From Fimbriosthenelais zetlandica (lineage: Eukaryota): a stretch of 64,000 bases of DNA. Positions within the stretch are counted from its first letter, which is position 1. Each line of letters starts with the position of its first letter. Both the position numbers and the translations under genes were made by a program. Positions 22,503 through 36,005 of this stretch are shown piece after piece. The notes beneath the pieces are model-generated. The model was not told the origin of the DNA and did not search any database. It saw nothing but the letters and a program-made list of their open reading frames with translations. The stretch covers positions 15,624,001 to 15,688,000 of the forward strand of contig OZ365116.1 of assembly GCA_977030845.1 (NCBI GenBank), given 5' to 3'.

Positions 22503-25500
22503 GTGAGTTACTCTACTACAATATCATGAGCTGCTCCAGTGAACAGATACTAAGTCAGTCACTGTCACTCACTAACAATCTCTCCCACTAAATATCCCAA
22601 TCTCTTATCATTCACTTATCTTATCATCGTACTGACTTAATCATTCACTCACTCAGTACGTTACTCACGTCATTCATTTGTCCCTCATTTCCCCTACTCA
22701 CTGTCCCACTGAGTAATATCTCACTAACTTACCATGCTCCTCACACTTCACCTACAACCTACTTTCCTCATTTTCTACCACCACCTAAACTTAGAGCAAT
22801 CACACCGCCTTCTATTTCTGACTGACCCTGTTGCACCTACATGATATACACAATGTCACGACACCCCTCTTACATCATGCTAAAGCTGCATATATACGCA
22901 TCTTACTTTTTGCCAATAAACATTTTTCTTGCGTGGTAATACATTCCTAAAACTTAAATAATTGCTGCAGGAATTACTAGTTTTTTAACAGAGAAAAAGT
23001 GGTTATTTCAGCAAGCAAATTCAGAGTAAATAAATCAATGTATTCATATTATGCAGTATAGAGTATATGGATTATTTATATTAAGCCCTGGAGGTGGCAG
23101 GATTAATCAATAGCATGTAGAGATGTGATTAGTGGTGAGTGCAGTGATTACTCACTTGATGGGTTGATTGGTGAAGATGGAATGTGACTGGGTGTGGACA
23201 TATGGCAAGATGGATATCATCATGAATACACTATCTGACCTAATGTTATTATATATCAATGAGGATGTAATCACTGACCTAGCATAAAGATCCCATATAA
23301 ACTCATTCTGCTAGGAATAAATGGGTACAGAATGTATATAAATGAAAGCTTGAATGTCTGTTAATGACGCTATGATAGATGGAGCATTGAAGCGATCAAT
23401 ATAAACAATATGATACACTGTATTAGATCCCTGTAATGTGACAATAAGACATTCATCATCTTCACCTCTATGTGTGTGGCAGGTGTTGCAGGCATATTTT
23501 ACCAAAGATTAATGTCAATTATCGGTCACTGAAGGTCCCCGGGGACTTATACAGTTGACCAGGAATTCCATATGTCTAATGGTCAAGCTTGTGTATACAG
23601 AGACCAAATAGACTGGTCACCTTATACATGTATACAGCTAGTGTTCGCCATCTAATACTATACATATACATCAACTCTGTGGGAAGAAGCATATAGGCCT
23701 ACATTGAGACTATGTCTAAAGAGCCCCAACTCACAGAGGAACACTCCTTATATAATACATGTAATTGAAAAATGAGTATAACTATTCTTTATCATAGATC
23801 ATTTTCAATCAAGAGGAGATGCATGTGGTCTTAAGCGATTGGTGGGGAAGCCAGGTTGTGCCAGACCGTTTTCTTTCTCTATTTAATTACCTTTATTGTT
23901 GACAATAATAGTGCTATAATTACTAGCATAATTAGTACTCTCATCATGTCAAATCAAGTCTCAGTCTGTAGTATAATTATAGTACAGGTCCCCCACTCCC
24001 CCTCCATTGTAGTCATATTACTTTGGACGGGTTTGATATTGTTGTTCCATATCTGGTACCTCCATTTTTTTCCAATTACCCAAAACAAAATCAATTAGTG
24101 GATATCGAATATCATATTGCTACATTTACTGTCTTATCAATATGGGATAAAAAGCTGTGTCTCAAAACACTGTGAAAATATCCCATCACTTCTGGCAAGT
24201 TTTCAGCCAGAATTTATAAAGGTCAAAATGTTGAAAGGCCAAAGGAAATGTCATATAACCAAGAGTTCAATAATGGAGAATGGGAGAGGGACTTCAAACT
24301 CAGGTTATTTCAGAACTGTTTCTTGTAAATATCGCCACAGCTAATGAGGCGACCTGCCTCTTTTATGTCAAGATCAAAAACAAATACAACGGTGGAAGAT
24401 ATTTTCGGGATGGGACCCTTTACATCTATGCGGCTAGAAATAAAGAGTTGTCTGTGGATTTAGAAGGAGACAATGCTCATTTGGAAACATCTCAGTTTGC
24501 CAGAAACAGAAATTTTATAGGTCTATGCTAGCTCTTAAAGACATCTGCAGATATAAGTTTTGCCTTCTATTTTTGACACATTAAAAGTCAGTGTCAGCTA
24601 CATGTATATCCTCCTTCAATTCCCCATCCCAATTCAACAATTTTAGGTAAATCCGGAATTTAATATATTAGGGATTTCAATTAGACTCGTGGCACATACC
24701 ATTATTGTATTGAGATACTTGGGCTCCAAGCTGGGACCATATGAAAGATCCAAGGCCTAATTCACAGGCCTGCATGTGTGATGGAAGACGCCATTAATGA
24801 CAGAGCTTTGGCCTCCATTACCCCAGTGCGACCCCACCTCCTCCCAGATAATTCACCACCAAATGACCGGAAGATTAGAGGTCTTTATCCCTCATCTATG
24901 GGCCAGTGTCATATAGGCTTTTTATTTGGGTAACTATGGTAGATATGTTTAGTTGAATGGGATTAGTGCCTCTTAGGATAGAATATGCGACAACCAATAA
25001 GGGATTATGGCATTTTATAGTAATAAAATACATTTATGGGCATTATAGGCACAGATGCTTAACTTTTTAAAATCATATCATGAGGGTTGTATCATGAAAA
25101 TCAATTGATTTAAATCACCATTTTATGCATTGATTATTCAAGGACAAGGAGGGGCAATTAAAGTCTGGAATCTGGTGAATCATTGGATCTATTTGTAATT
25201 GGAAATAGAAAAAGAATCTTTACAGTAATTGTTGGGCCAGCAAACATGGCTACGGAAATGGAGGCCAGTTATGGCAGCCAATGCTCTGACAGGCCTTTCC
25301 CTGGACATTTAATAAACAAATAGTCAAAGGACAAACAGGATGAGCCATAGTGGTGTTTATTAAATGACCTTTGAATGTTATGCTTTAAAAGCCAAGACCT
25401 GAGTCAAATTTACCACAAGTGATCGACTACTTCCGGCCATATTTGTTATCAAGGCTGCCTATGAGAACCAGGCTAACTGGCGGGCTGAATTATCTGATGG

Positions 25501-28500
25501 CCTGACCTGATTATTGACCTGATAATTAGGGATGATGAGGGAGTATGTAGTTCCTCTCTCAGCCTCTTGTTCACGCAGGCGGCAGAAGGTGGCGTGACAA
25601 TCTCCTCTCATCATTTCTCCCCAACATTGATCCCCTCATTGACCAACATTGACACTGACACCTGGTAGACGACGTCACACATTCCCACCCATGATGTGGT
25701 AGGTAACATTCAGTTACCTCACCTCTCTCATAGAGGGCAGTCAGGTGATGGCTGATATATGCCACAGTCAGGGTTAATCATCAAGCTTACTTTCAATAGT
25801 GGCCACTGGAGAGCACAGTTAATCACATTACACTTGAGCTGTGATGAATCAGGGCAAGCTAGCTAGTAGGCCTATACTTCCTCTCTCACCCCGACTATTG
25901 GTACAGTATAGTTTCCTCACAGGCAGTGAATACATCACAGAAGAATATCCTCTCTGGAATTCTTTTCTGTCTGACTGATGTTGCATCTGTCAATGGAAGT
26001 ACAATGTGGCACAAACAAGGCCCATAATCGCTTGGTTTGCCAAAACTCTCCTTTAACCAAGGCCTTTTCAGTGTTTCCTCAAAGAGGCAAAGGGAACTGG
26101 ATGGGGAACTAATGGAGTGCTCTCTTTCTAACAGGCACAGTTCACCATGGAGAATTGTGATAATAATCTGTTTCACACATGGCCCATATCTTCTTTGTTT
26201 GCCTTTAATTAAGTAATTAATGTTCGATACTTACTGCAATTTAAGAAAGCATCTACAGACACTGAATTATACTATACAAAGGGAACAAGTCCACAGCTGT
26301 AATGAGGCTGTATAAGCAGCATTGCTATGGGTGAGGAGTAAAGGTCAGGAAGTGTGTAATACTATGGTGATATTACCACGTCTACAGCACCTGGCCTGCC
26401 GTCTTCCTCCAGGTTTCAGTACACAACTCTTGTGTGACTTTAACATCCATTAAAACCTTCTCATGGCCTCGTTAAAACAGCAATGGGGCAGTTCTTCCTG
26501 TCTCTAAAGGTCATCAAGACGCCAATAAAATGTGTTTTTTTGTAGCATCAAGATTGGCGTGGTCATCTAATCTGTGTATTAACTCATGTGTGAGAACTCT
26601 TCACTTGAATATAAGGCCTCACTGGTGTTTTTCCCAATATCTCACACTTCCCTCAACATGCGTGATATAGGGCACAGTAACAATGTAGTGCCAATATGAC
26701 TGACGAATATGATAGAAGGCACAGTGTTGTTAATAGGGAAAAGAAGCCTCGTTATAGTTGGTACTTAAAGGAAGGGGAATAAAGTGAGTAGAGAATGTGG
26801 TGTGTGGTTTGACAGTATTATACCCCTATAAATGTCACACTGACCTTTATACACGCCGGAAGATATGAGAGCAAATAACATTTATTTTAGGGGGAGACCT
26901 TGTCAAAGAATGAACTCAGAGGATGGGAGTTTGATCTCTAAAATTGGATCGAACATAATTAATAGAAACGTCCAATTTTAAATATGTCTACCTGGTACAT
27001 GAGCAGTTAAGTTATGCCCTCGAGAAATGTTATGAGCTGCATGCTTAAGTATCTTTTATTAAACAGAGCCAGGATGTGTGGCTTCCTTGCTGCCTGAACC
27101 AAGTCCCTCTTTTAAATACTACTAACAGGTAAATGTTCAACTAATGGCATTTGGATGACTTCTTGCAGTTTAGTTTCCTGCAGTAAAGTATCTACATGTA
27201 CTATGTGGTAAAGGATGATTATAGGAATGTGGGGAAGGAAATAAAGAGACAAATTTGTCCGGACCAAAGCGCCAAGAATAATTTCGTCTTTTATTCAAAC
27301 TCACGCAAGAAAACACTTTTTCTTGCCGCTCTCTTCTTTGTCTGCTTGAAAATTTTCAGACCAGTCTTAAATAGAAATTAATGGATTGCCTCAAGGGATA
27401 TGACGTCACAGATGGCGAATTATTTCAAAAGCGATTACCAATTGAAATCTTGTTGAAATCATGAAAAGGGACAACATAACAAAGACTGCATTTTGTTGCC
27501 ACCCTTGTGAGTTCGGCACAAACAGTTAAACCAGAAGAGGGAATGAAAATATGATGAAAACAAGGCAAACATTTAGACTGAGGTCCATCAGCAGAATGAG
27601 CCATGCACAAGCACAGAGATCACGACACGGGCAAAGTTTTATGGCTTCATTATTCAAACAGAGCCGTGTAGACGGTCTTTTTACTAGTCATATATATGGA
27701 GTGGACCAATATGATGATTGAGATGAGATGGCAGAGGGGCATTCCCTACAGTGGGGTATGTAGGAGTAGGAAATATAGCTCCACTTTGATGTGCCTTTTA
27801 ATGTACCAAGCACAGGACCGATGCTCAAAACACGAGCTCATTTGAAAAGAGTCATAGCTTACTCTCCATAGTATCCACTATACAGACTTTCATACAAAAT
27901 GCCTGTATACACACTTGACTCGGAAGAGGCTTTTGAAGCTGGAGCTGCCATTTAAAGGGTTATTTAAAGATCAAGAGAAATTCTTTCTTGGTTTGATCTG
28001 AAGCTTTTTAAGGCATATTCAATGTCAGAATCAATACGACTAAATGAATGATGACAATGAATGATCTCAGTTTGCATAATGTCTCGCAGCAAAATAACAA
28101 TATTTGTTTTACTACTATACATAATAGTTGTAACACTTTGGATCCTTGTGCAATGCTTGGATACAAGTTATGACCATCGATGATTATCAGGCATATAAGA
28201 ACATGTAGGATAACGTTTACATATAAGGTAAATCTATTTTCGACGGCACTTTTTAAAATATCTTCTAAGTGCTAATTGAATAATCAATAATTTGTTTAGT
28301 TATTTGAGTAATGCCAGTGTTTTCAGGCCATGAAGAGAGCCTTTCAGCAGGAATAAGCTTTGTTCAGCCGCCCCTGGTGCCTGTTGGCTTTGACAGTCAG
28401 GTTTTGCTGACAAAATAAAAGCCCCCCAGGCTGGTGAAGGCTGAGATATGACCAGCTGTTCTTAAAGGAACACCATCTAGTCCGGTCCTTCCATCTCCTT

Positions 28501-31500
28501 TAACTCAGCTCCTCAAATACCAACAGCTGCATACATGCTGTCATTTACCACATAGCTCAACTCTTTATCAATTATGTATCAATATAATGCAAGCATCACA
28601 AATTACTGTAACTCTTAATATAGATGTCCTCCATCAAGGGAGTGTGTGATGTCTAGTCTGCACGGTTATAACATGAATAAATGTTTAAACTTAGAATCTT
28701 GGCGAGGCTATGAGTTAAACAACATGAAATATCATTGATGCATATTATGTTACCTTCAAAAAGATGTTCATCAAGCAGAGAAATTAATCAAAGGGGTGAG
28801 CAAAGATATGGCGAACATTTTAGCCATTGAATGCATTGCATGCAACAAAAGAAGCATGCAACTGAAAGTAAAACTTTCTTGTCTTTACTCATTAAAAGTA
28901 GGGGTGGGTCGGTAGAGACGGTCGATATGTTCAATACACATGATAAATATATGCAGCCTTGGGGCAATATAATTGCGGACTTGGTTGTGGAAAGCTTCTT
29001 GTTATTTTTTGGTGGGTTATATACTTTGGCTGTCGTGCACTCCCTTATCTGATTTGTTCAGGCCCTATATACCTGCACGGGGAGCTGATAGTGTTTGGCA
29101 TAGAATCAAGAGTCTATTTCCGTTGGTAAATGCTAGAGGCGAGTAATTAACTGGATGGACTGAAGTAGAAGGTGGAGTGGGTATTATGGTATAGAGGAAT
29201 GTCTAGCCTGTTCTCAGGTCCCATTTCAATGTACTACTCATGTGGCTTCCAGCTTGAGAACTGAATGCTTTATAATATCTTGCCATTTTTAACGTCTTGA
29301 TACCTCCAGCCTGTACATTAACACGAAGGAGAAAAACTTTTAAGTAAGGTTTCCCTTCACATATATGAACAGGAATGTTGGAGAATTGTAAGCTGAGATG
29401 TCATGGGTGTCATCTTCTATATGGGAAAGTACTGCATGTTCAGTGAAGATGTCAAGGCTTGTCAATGATCGCAAAACATGGAAAGGCAATCGGCAATATA
29501 TCATATGACCTGTCAATTATACTGGCTACATGTATCTATATCGTCATGTATAAAGCCTGAGCATGCTTGGAACTGCATGGCTGAACCCTACTAAAATACA
29601 ATACCGGTACCGGCTATAGGGGCTTTAAATATAATTACATCGGAGAGGACCAGGCCGTTAAATTGGGAATGTTGAGAAGGATCAAGTTCAAAGAATGGCG
29701 TTGTCTTCAGTTAAAAGCTTGGGATGACATTTCCATTATCTCTTGCATCAAGCTCTTCAAAAGCTGGTGTGGCTAAAGAAGAAAAGAAAGATGAACCAGT
29801 TTCTGCCGAGACTTGTGGCGGATCTCTGAAATCCAAGACATTCCACCTGTCAGTGGGCAGACGGCTACCACATCATGCGTTATAGCAGAATCAATGATGA
29901 CAAATGTATATATGTTTACATGGAAGGTTCTGACGGCAGGCATATAAGCAAGGTTGGATATATTATTTACAACATATCATCCCATCAAGCATAGGAGATT
30001 TATTGCTGCCCCAACTCCACTATAGGTCAGGCTCCACCAACCCAGTTTTTCCGTGGCTTACCACAGGTGATCTTTAACATTAATGATTTAATGTATATGA
30101 ATACAACCTGTTGACATGTGAGATTAATGGTATGCCCCAGTTAGCCTATGGCCATTTTCAAGCATTTGATCTTAGGCAATCATATTGATGACACTATAGC
30201 ACTTTCCTGCTGCGATTATCTATAGGGGTTAATTGGTCTATTGTTGGCGGGGGATGTTGTTGGTATTCCTAAAGCAAATGACAAACAGTTGTTTATGTAT
30301 TGAACTCTCCTGTCATTTCGATATATTCCTAACTACATGTACATGTATAGTTAAGTGTATTCACTCCGTGAGTGTCAATTAATGTCCCTGCAATTTATCT
30401 TTTTTCAATGGAAGATAAAAGAGAGGAATATTGACCCTGTGCAGCAGGCTCTTAATCCTGCCACCTAACTTAAATTCTCTCAGAATTACAGGAGCTAAAA
30501 TTAGTGAGAGATAAAGATAAATCCTGGCTGACCAGATTAGTTGTCGATTATCACTGGGCATGTATAAAACAAATCATTATAGATAAGGTTTATATATTTT
30601 TTTCAAAGAAGATAATTTATGTGAGAGACTTATACGTTGAGTTATAATAAGTAATATTTTGTGAGAAGGAGGGCCCATCACGTGACGTGTGTCATGTGAC
30701 CTGGTAGTGGAATGTTCACCTGATGGTGAGACAAGCTGGTGGAGGATGATGTTGTCATAGTAACCTAAGTTCCTCCATGTTAGTGGGTCACTTGGTAACA
30801 CGTTGGTTTAAGTTCTATTCCATGTCAGCTTTCTTAACAGCTCAAGTGCTACCCACTTTTTCAATGACTGTTGTGACATGAAAAAATGTCAATAAATGAG
30901 ATAAAGTTTATTTGGTTTTGCCTCGAGCTAGCCGAGTCGATAAAACAAAATTAGATTTTATCAGTGAACGGGAATATATATGCAGTGTTTCTAGTGAGGT
31001 AAGCAAGGTTTCAGAAACCTAGAATTATGAAGTGTATTAGCATTTTTGCATACTGAGGGAAACACTAAGCACTAGAAAACATTTCAGACCCCCTCACTAA
31101 TAGCAGTTATCTTCACAGTTACATGAAAGAAAAATGTGTATTTATAAGGTAAGCTTTAAGAGCTCTCAACAGAATGGGAGGATGAGCTTTGATCTGTGAT
31201 GAGTATCATCCATTCTGAGAGGAGAGAAGGAAGCCTTGTCAGATTCCCTCTCTTTGATATACAGCAGGATCAACCTTCAGGTGGACGGCTTTAGCTTGAT
31301 AAAAAGAGAAGGTGGAAGAGACAGGGGAGGAGGGGGAGGAAGTGGTCTGCAACCAGTGCTCTGTTTGATCTCTTTACAGTTTTACACCGATCACATGACA
31401 GATCAATATTAGCCATCCACAAACTTCCACGGTCAGATCACGTGGGTTAAAGATGAAGTTTTGAGGACTTTAGTGAAACCCTAAAATATATCAGCATTGG

Positions 31501-33639
31501 AGCCCCCCTCCTGAATACTCCAAGTACTACCGGTGTATACTTTCATGATACTTCCGCATTTCCTATAATGAAGGCAGGAGGAAGCTAGCCTCTATGAGGA
31601 GGAAGTACTGTGGAACTACTGGCACATTCTCTTCACCCATGGAGGTGTACTTGAAGTTGAAGCACCGTCAGCCCGGCACCTGACCATGTATGGACACCAT
31701 TACCTTATCTCACTACCTGAAGATCACTCAGTGTGGTTGAGAGTGGACCGGGGAAGGAGAAGGAGGTAATCTTCAATGTTTTCCCACGTGGAGGGATTTA
31801 CCTTCACATCTCCGCTGTAGATTGTTTTTTTTTCGTCTGGAACACAATGTCCAATAGTTTGGCCCCAATAATTTGGCCATTTATTGATGATCTGGATCGT
31901 GACTTTTCATTAAAGTTAGCATCATCTTCATGCATTGTAACTAAGGGTGCATTGATGGCATTGTTATAGACCTGTAACAATGATCTAAAGTCGTGCGACT
32001 TCTGGGTTCACTGAGTAAGAGGAATGATGCCCTGACGGCAGGAGAAGAGCAGCTATTACCTATATCAAAACACGCATTACCTGGATGATACCTGTGGGTG
32101 GACGGAGCCAGGTGTAGGAGGAGGAGGTGGTGGAGGAGTAGGAGGAGCCTATGAGGCAGGGTGTGCCACTTGACGGATTGTGTGCATACACTCACGGTAG
32201 ACTGGTGGTGGCTCTCTCATTGGGAGAGAGGGATGGAGGAGGCTGTACATGTATGGTGCTATACCTACCACCAATGATTCTTACTCAGTCTCCAAATCAT
32301 ATTCCATTTGCTGCATTATTTCAAAAACACCTTCAATTTATTACATTACAAGCATACGTCAAATGACTTTACCGCAGTGATTATACAAGGACCGCACGCT
32401 GAGGGGATGTAAAGAACACCTGACGTCTGAGTTGACCTTTCAAATAGCGTTGGAGGATAAAGCCTGGAGGACACACAGAATGAGAGGAGTACAGGTTTTC
32501 AGCTGCCTTTGATCATCGAGGTAATTGACACAATATAATAATCCGTGTCATCTGCCAGTGTCAAGTCCTCCCTATCTACTGATATACACTCTACAGGCGG
32601 TGGTGAAGGTCTTTCAGGCCTATCTTGGGACAGCCAGTTCATATAAATAAATATTCATAACTGGAAAAAAGTGTCAATAAGAACTATATCCTCTGAGAAA
32701 ATACCATGGATTTTAAGTGAGATAGGCCTATACTGAATACCAAATGAGAAGTAATGAGAATTCATCTGGAGGACTGGCACCCATGGTTTTGTTTGTCGGT
32801 ATCGATAGCAACCGTTGGGGGAAAATAGTGCACCATATGATGTTCTGGACGAGGACAGATTTAACCATCATGGCAGTAGGGCTGGTGCATATAGAATGAC
32901 TCCAGGGATCGATATCTTCAATGCTGGACCATCATTTAACCCTTCCACATCAACGCACATGACATTTAAGATCACAATGGCACATATTCGGCTTAATACC
33001 TTATTGGAATCATGTACTCTAACATTGCTTTCTCGGGTACTGATTTGATCAGTCTCAGTTATATAGAAGTATATATTAGATCGAGATATTTCAAGATAAC
33101 AGGTCAATCAAGTGATAAGCTGAGTATTTCAAAAGATAACTCAGATGGAATGTATTGTGATAGCCCAAGATAAGACATCGCTGCGTGATGTCACATATGA
33201 AACAGTCCCAGCGGATACATTGATAGCGCTAGAATTGAGACTGGCACATAGAGGATCTCTGGATATTCTCACGGCATATAATACCCAGTGGACTCATCAA
33301 ATGACTCCTAGATGTGGCTACATTCTTAATACATTAGTCGGATAAGAAGCCATGTTATGTAGGAGGAAGCCCATGCCGTAATTCTAGTGTAATCCCCTGT
33401 GAGAAGTAGGTCTATAGCCTGCTGGGACAGGATGCTTACGTCAAACTGAACGTTCATATAATGCCCCCTAATATATGTACTGACGGACAGTCAACATCTC
33501 TCTCCATCTCAACCCCTGTCTCTCTTCTATATACATCTGTCTCTCACCATCTCTTCCATCTTGTTCTCTCTGTCCCTAATTCTCTCCTATCTTGGGTTCA
33601 TCTTTTGATGTGGCAGTGATTACACCCGTGGAGGCAGAA

Positions 33640-33666
33640 GCAGTATCAGCAGTATCAGCAGTATCA
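33640..33666. repeat. 9-bp tandem repeat (GCAGTATCA)x3
   Basis: Read directly from the sequence. Confidence 0.85.
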
Positions 33667-35800
33667 ACAGTAGCAGTGCATGCCAAAACCTCTTAAAGAG
33701 CAGAAGAGCCAGGGGCCATGGCAAAACAGGTAAAATACCTCGGGTGTTACCCATGACTGTGGTTCCCTTAGAGAAGGTGGGAGTGGCTCGCGGCACAGAG
33801 GAAGAAGAGTGTCATAATGATCTGCGTCATTAACTCTATAGAAACCCGTAGGCAAATTAAATGCGCAACGTTAGAAAGCAGCATTTTCATATCAGTTTAG
33901 AGGTACGCACATAATGCAAACGTTTCAATACTAAATGCCTCTTTTTTCAGCGATACCATGAAATAACTATACAAATTCCTGCCATGCCAACTAAATATTT
34001 CATCAGTGGCTGTGAGGCTGTTTATAGCCAGGCCTGGCTATGAGAATCATCAGATTGTGGTCGAGTTATACACATTTGTCAGTTTATCTTACACTCTATG
34101 TCTTGCTATATTGCCTATCTCACCTCTCAGAGATGCAGCTCAGGTGGTGTGCCAGCCATCTTTTCCTCTTGGGTTCATAAGCAAGCATGCAGGGGAAATA
34201 TGAAAGAGGTAGCTGATAGGAGAAGCAGGAGTACTTGATCATGAACTGCTGCTGTTGTAGCTAGCATATCCCCCATGCTGGTCTCATGGTCTCAGTCTCA
34301 TGGAAGCAAGGTGGAATATTAGCCCATCTCTCAGCTGCTTCATGAAGGCATTTATATTCACCATGCAATGACAAATGAAGGCGGGGAACAAGTCTTGAAT
34401 GACCAACAACAGGTCGGCCATACCATGGCCTGTACCAAGATATATGGATCCAGTACACTGTCACATAAGCAAAGAACAAAGGAGGATCCACATAGACCAA
34501 CGTTCTCAGTGTTATAAGATGAAAGACTATCTGTCCTTGGTAAAGAGTTCTTATACACAAAGACATGGATCTCATTAACAGATTGGTTTACAGTCACAAT
34601 ATATTAAATATCTTATACAGGGAGTTTGTTTTCTACCAACATATTATAAATAGTAATAGTAATAGGTAGATAGCATGGGGTTAAATGCCTGCCACTCAAA
34701 CCATGGACCACTGGACGTCATGATCTTTAGCAAGTACTGCAGCATGAGCACTTGCAAAGTAAAACTATTCGTGACAGCAATGACAAAACCCCTCCTCTTC
34801 TGTCTAAAAATAGCAGCAGATACACCTCCTCTGGGACCGAGCAATAATGGCATACGAGGAGAAGACTAGACTACAGTTTCCGAGTGGAATGTAGTTGCCT
34901 ATAGATAAGTCTTTTCCACACAAAAAAACAGCAGAAAAAATGTAGAATTTCGCTGGGTAATGGTCAATAAATAATACATGGTCATTTAAAGCTGGACAGT
35001 GCCATATCGACCTAGGTTTAAGACTATAGGGAGCAGGTATCCATAGCAATAGGCTGTTGCGTTTCTATGGGGATGTATGTGAAGTAGGACTGGGACTGGG
35101 CGCAGGTGTTTGTTTATGGGAATAGTAGTGAAGAACAACCAACAGAGAACCAAGTGTTGTAGAGGGGCTGGATAAAGTCTGGCTAATATATAGCGAGACA
35201 GGAGGCTTATTCTGGGTCCACACTATGTCTGTGTAGCCTGCTTCTAGAAATACCAGATTTTAGTGTTGGTTTCTGAAGGGAAATGTCAAGGCATAGTTAC
35301 AGATCTAAACGAATATCATTTAACCAATATAGTTGTCATGCCAGCTCATATATACAAGAGCACAATAATCCACCAATGTCAGAAACGATTACTACAAGAA
35401 GCAGAGGTGGTCAAGGCTTAATTAGATGAGAGGTAATAAAGGACCTAATCACAGGCTGTTCATTATTACTCTGCTTCATCTGTGACTTGCGGGGCTCATC
35501 CCTTATGTTCAATTATTCACCGTCCTTCTTGCTGCCTGTAATTGATGAGATTTTCCTCTTACACAGCTCCCCGGTGGCCTTGATTGCCATCGTATTTTCT
35601 CTCTTGTTCTCTTCTCACCTTGAGGCTTATTTACACAACAGGATTAAATTGCATGAATGTGATGTTTTATACCTCCAAACCAGCCAGCTCTCAGATGAGC
35701 GATCAATGACAGGAACCTAGTGATCACAGTAAATGGTCAAAGAATGTCACCATTATATTGCTTTCTAACCATTAAGTTGTTAAAATCTTGTTTTTTTCAG

Positions 35801-36005
35801 GATCTAAGTTCAGTTGGGGGCTTCAGCTCTCGGGTTCATCCCATGGCTTCCTCCCCGTCCGCCGGCCATTCAGCTAACCATAATGGTTCAGCGCAGACAG
35901 AAGGCGCCACCTGGGCGAGCCGCCGTGACAGTGCCTCCCCAGGACATGAGGGCAACAACCGCAGCAATCCTGAGATGCTCACCTTTGAAAGTATAGGTTC
36001 AGTGG
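35801..36005 (+). CDS. WS/DGAT-like first coding exon (ATG at 35843)
   Basis: tttttttcag| acceptor; cccATGG context; MASSPSAGHS...EMLTFESIGSV; donor G|gtcagt, phase 1. Confidence 0.7.

Noticed and set aside
24323-24531. Protein-like ORF (EATCLFYVKIKNKYNGGRYFRDG...) in the large intron
   Set aside because: There is a plausible acceptor but no good donor, partner exon or motif.
27305-27326. 9-bp stem hairpin resembling a terminator
   Set aside because: Eukaryotic intron; short A/T-rich stems are expected by chance.
31802-31809. In-frame TGA as selenocysteine, or the exon as part of a GAIN/GPS domain
   Set aside because: No SECIS-like RUGA/AA/GA arrangement was seen downstream of 29711 on the - strand. 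The GPS cysteines and HLT motif are absent.
31500-33860. GC-richer stretch as a retroelement remnant or nested + strand gene
   Set aside because: All frames are interrupted and no RT, endonuclease, integrase or transposase motif was recognisable.
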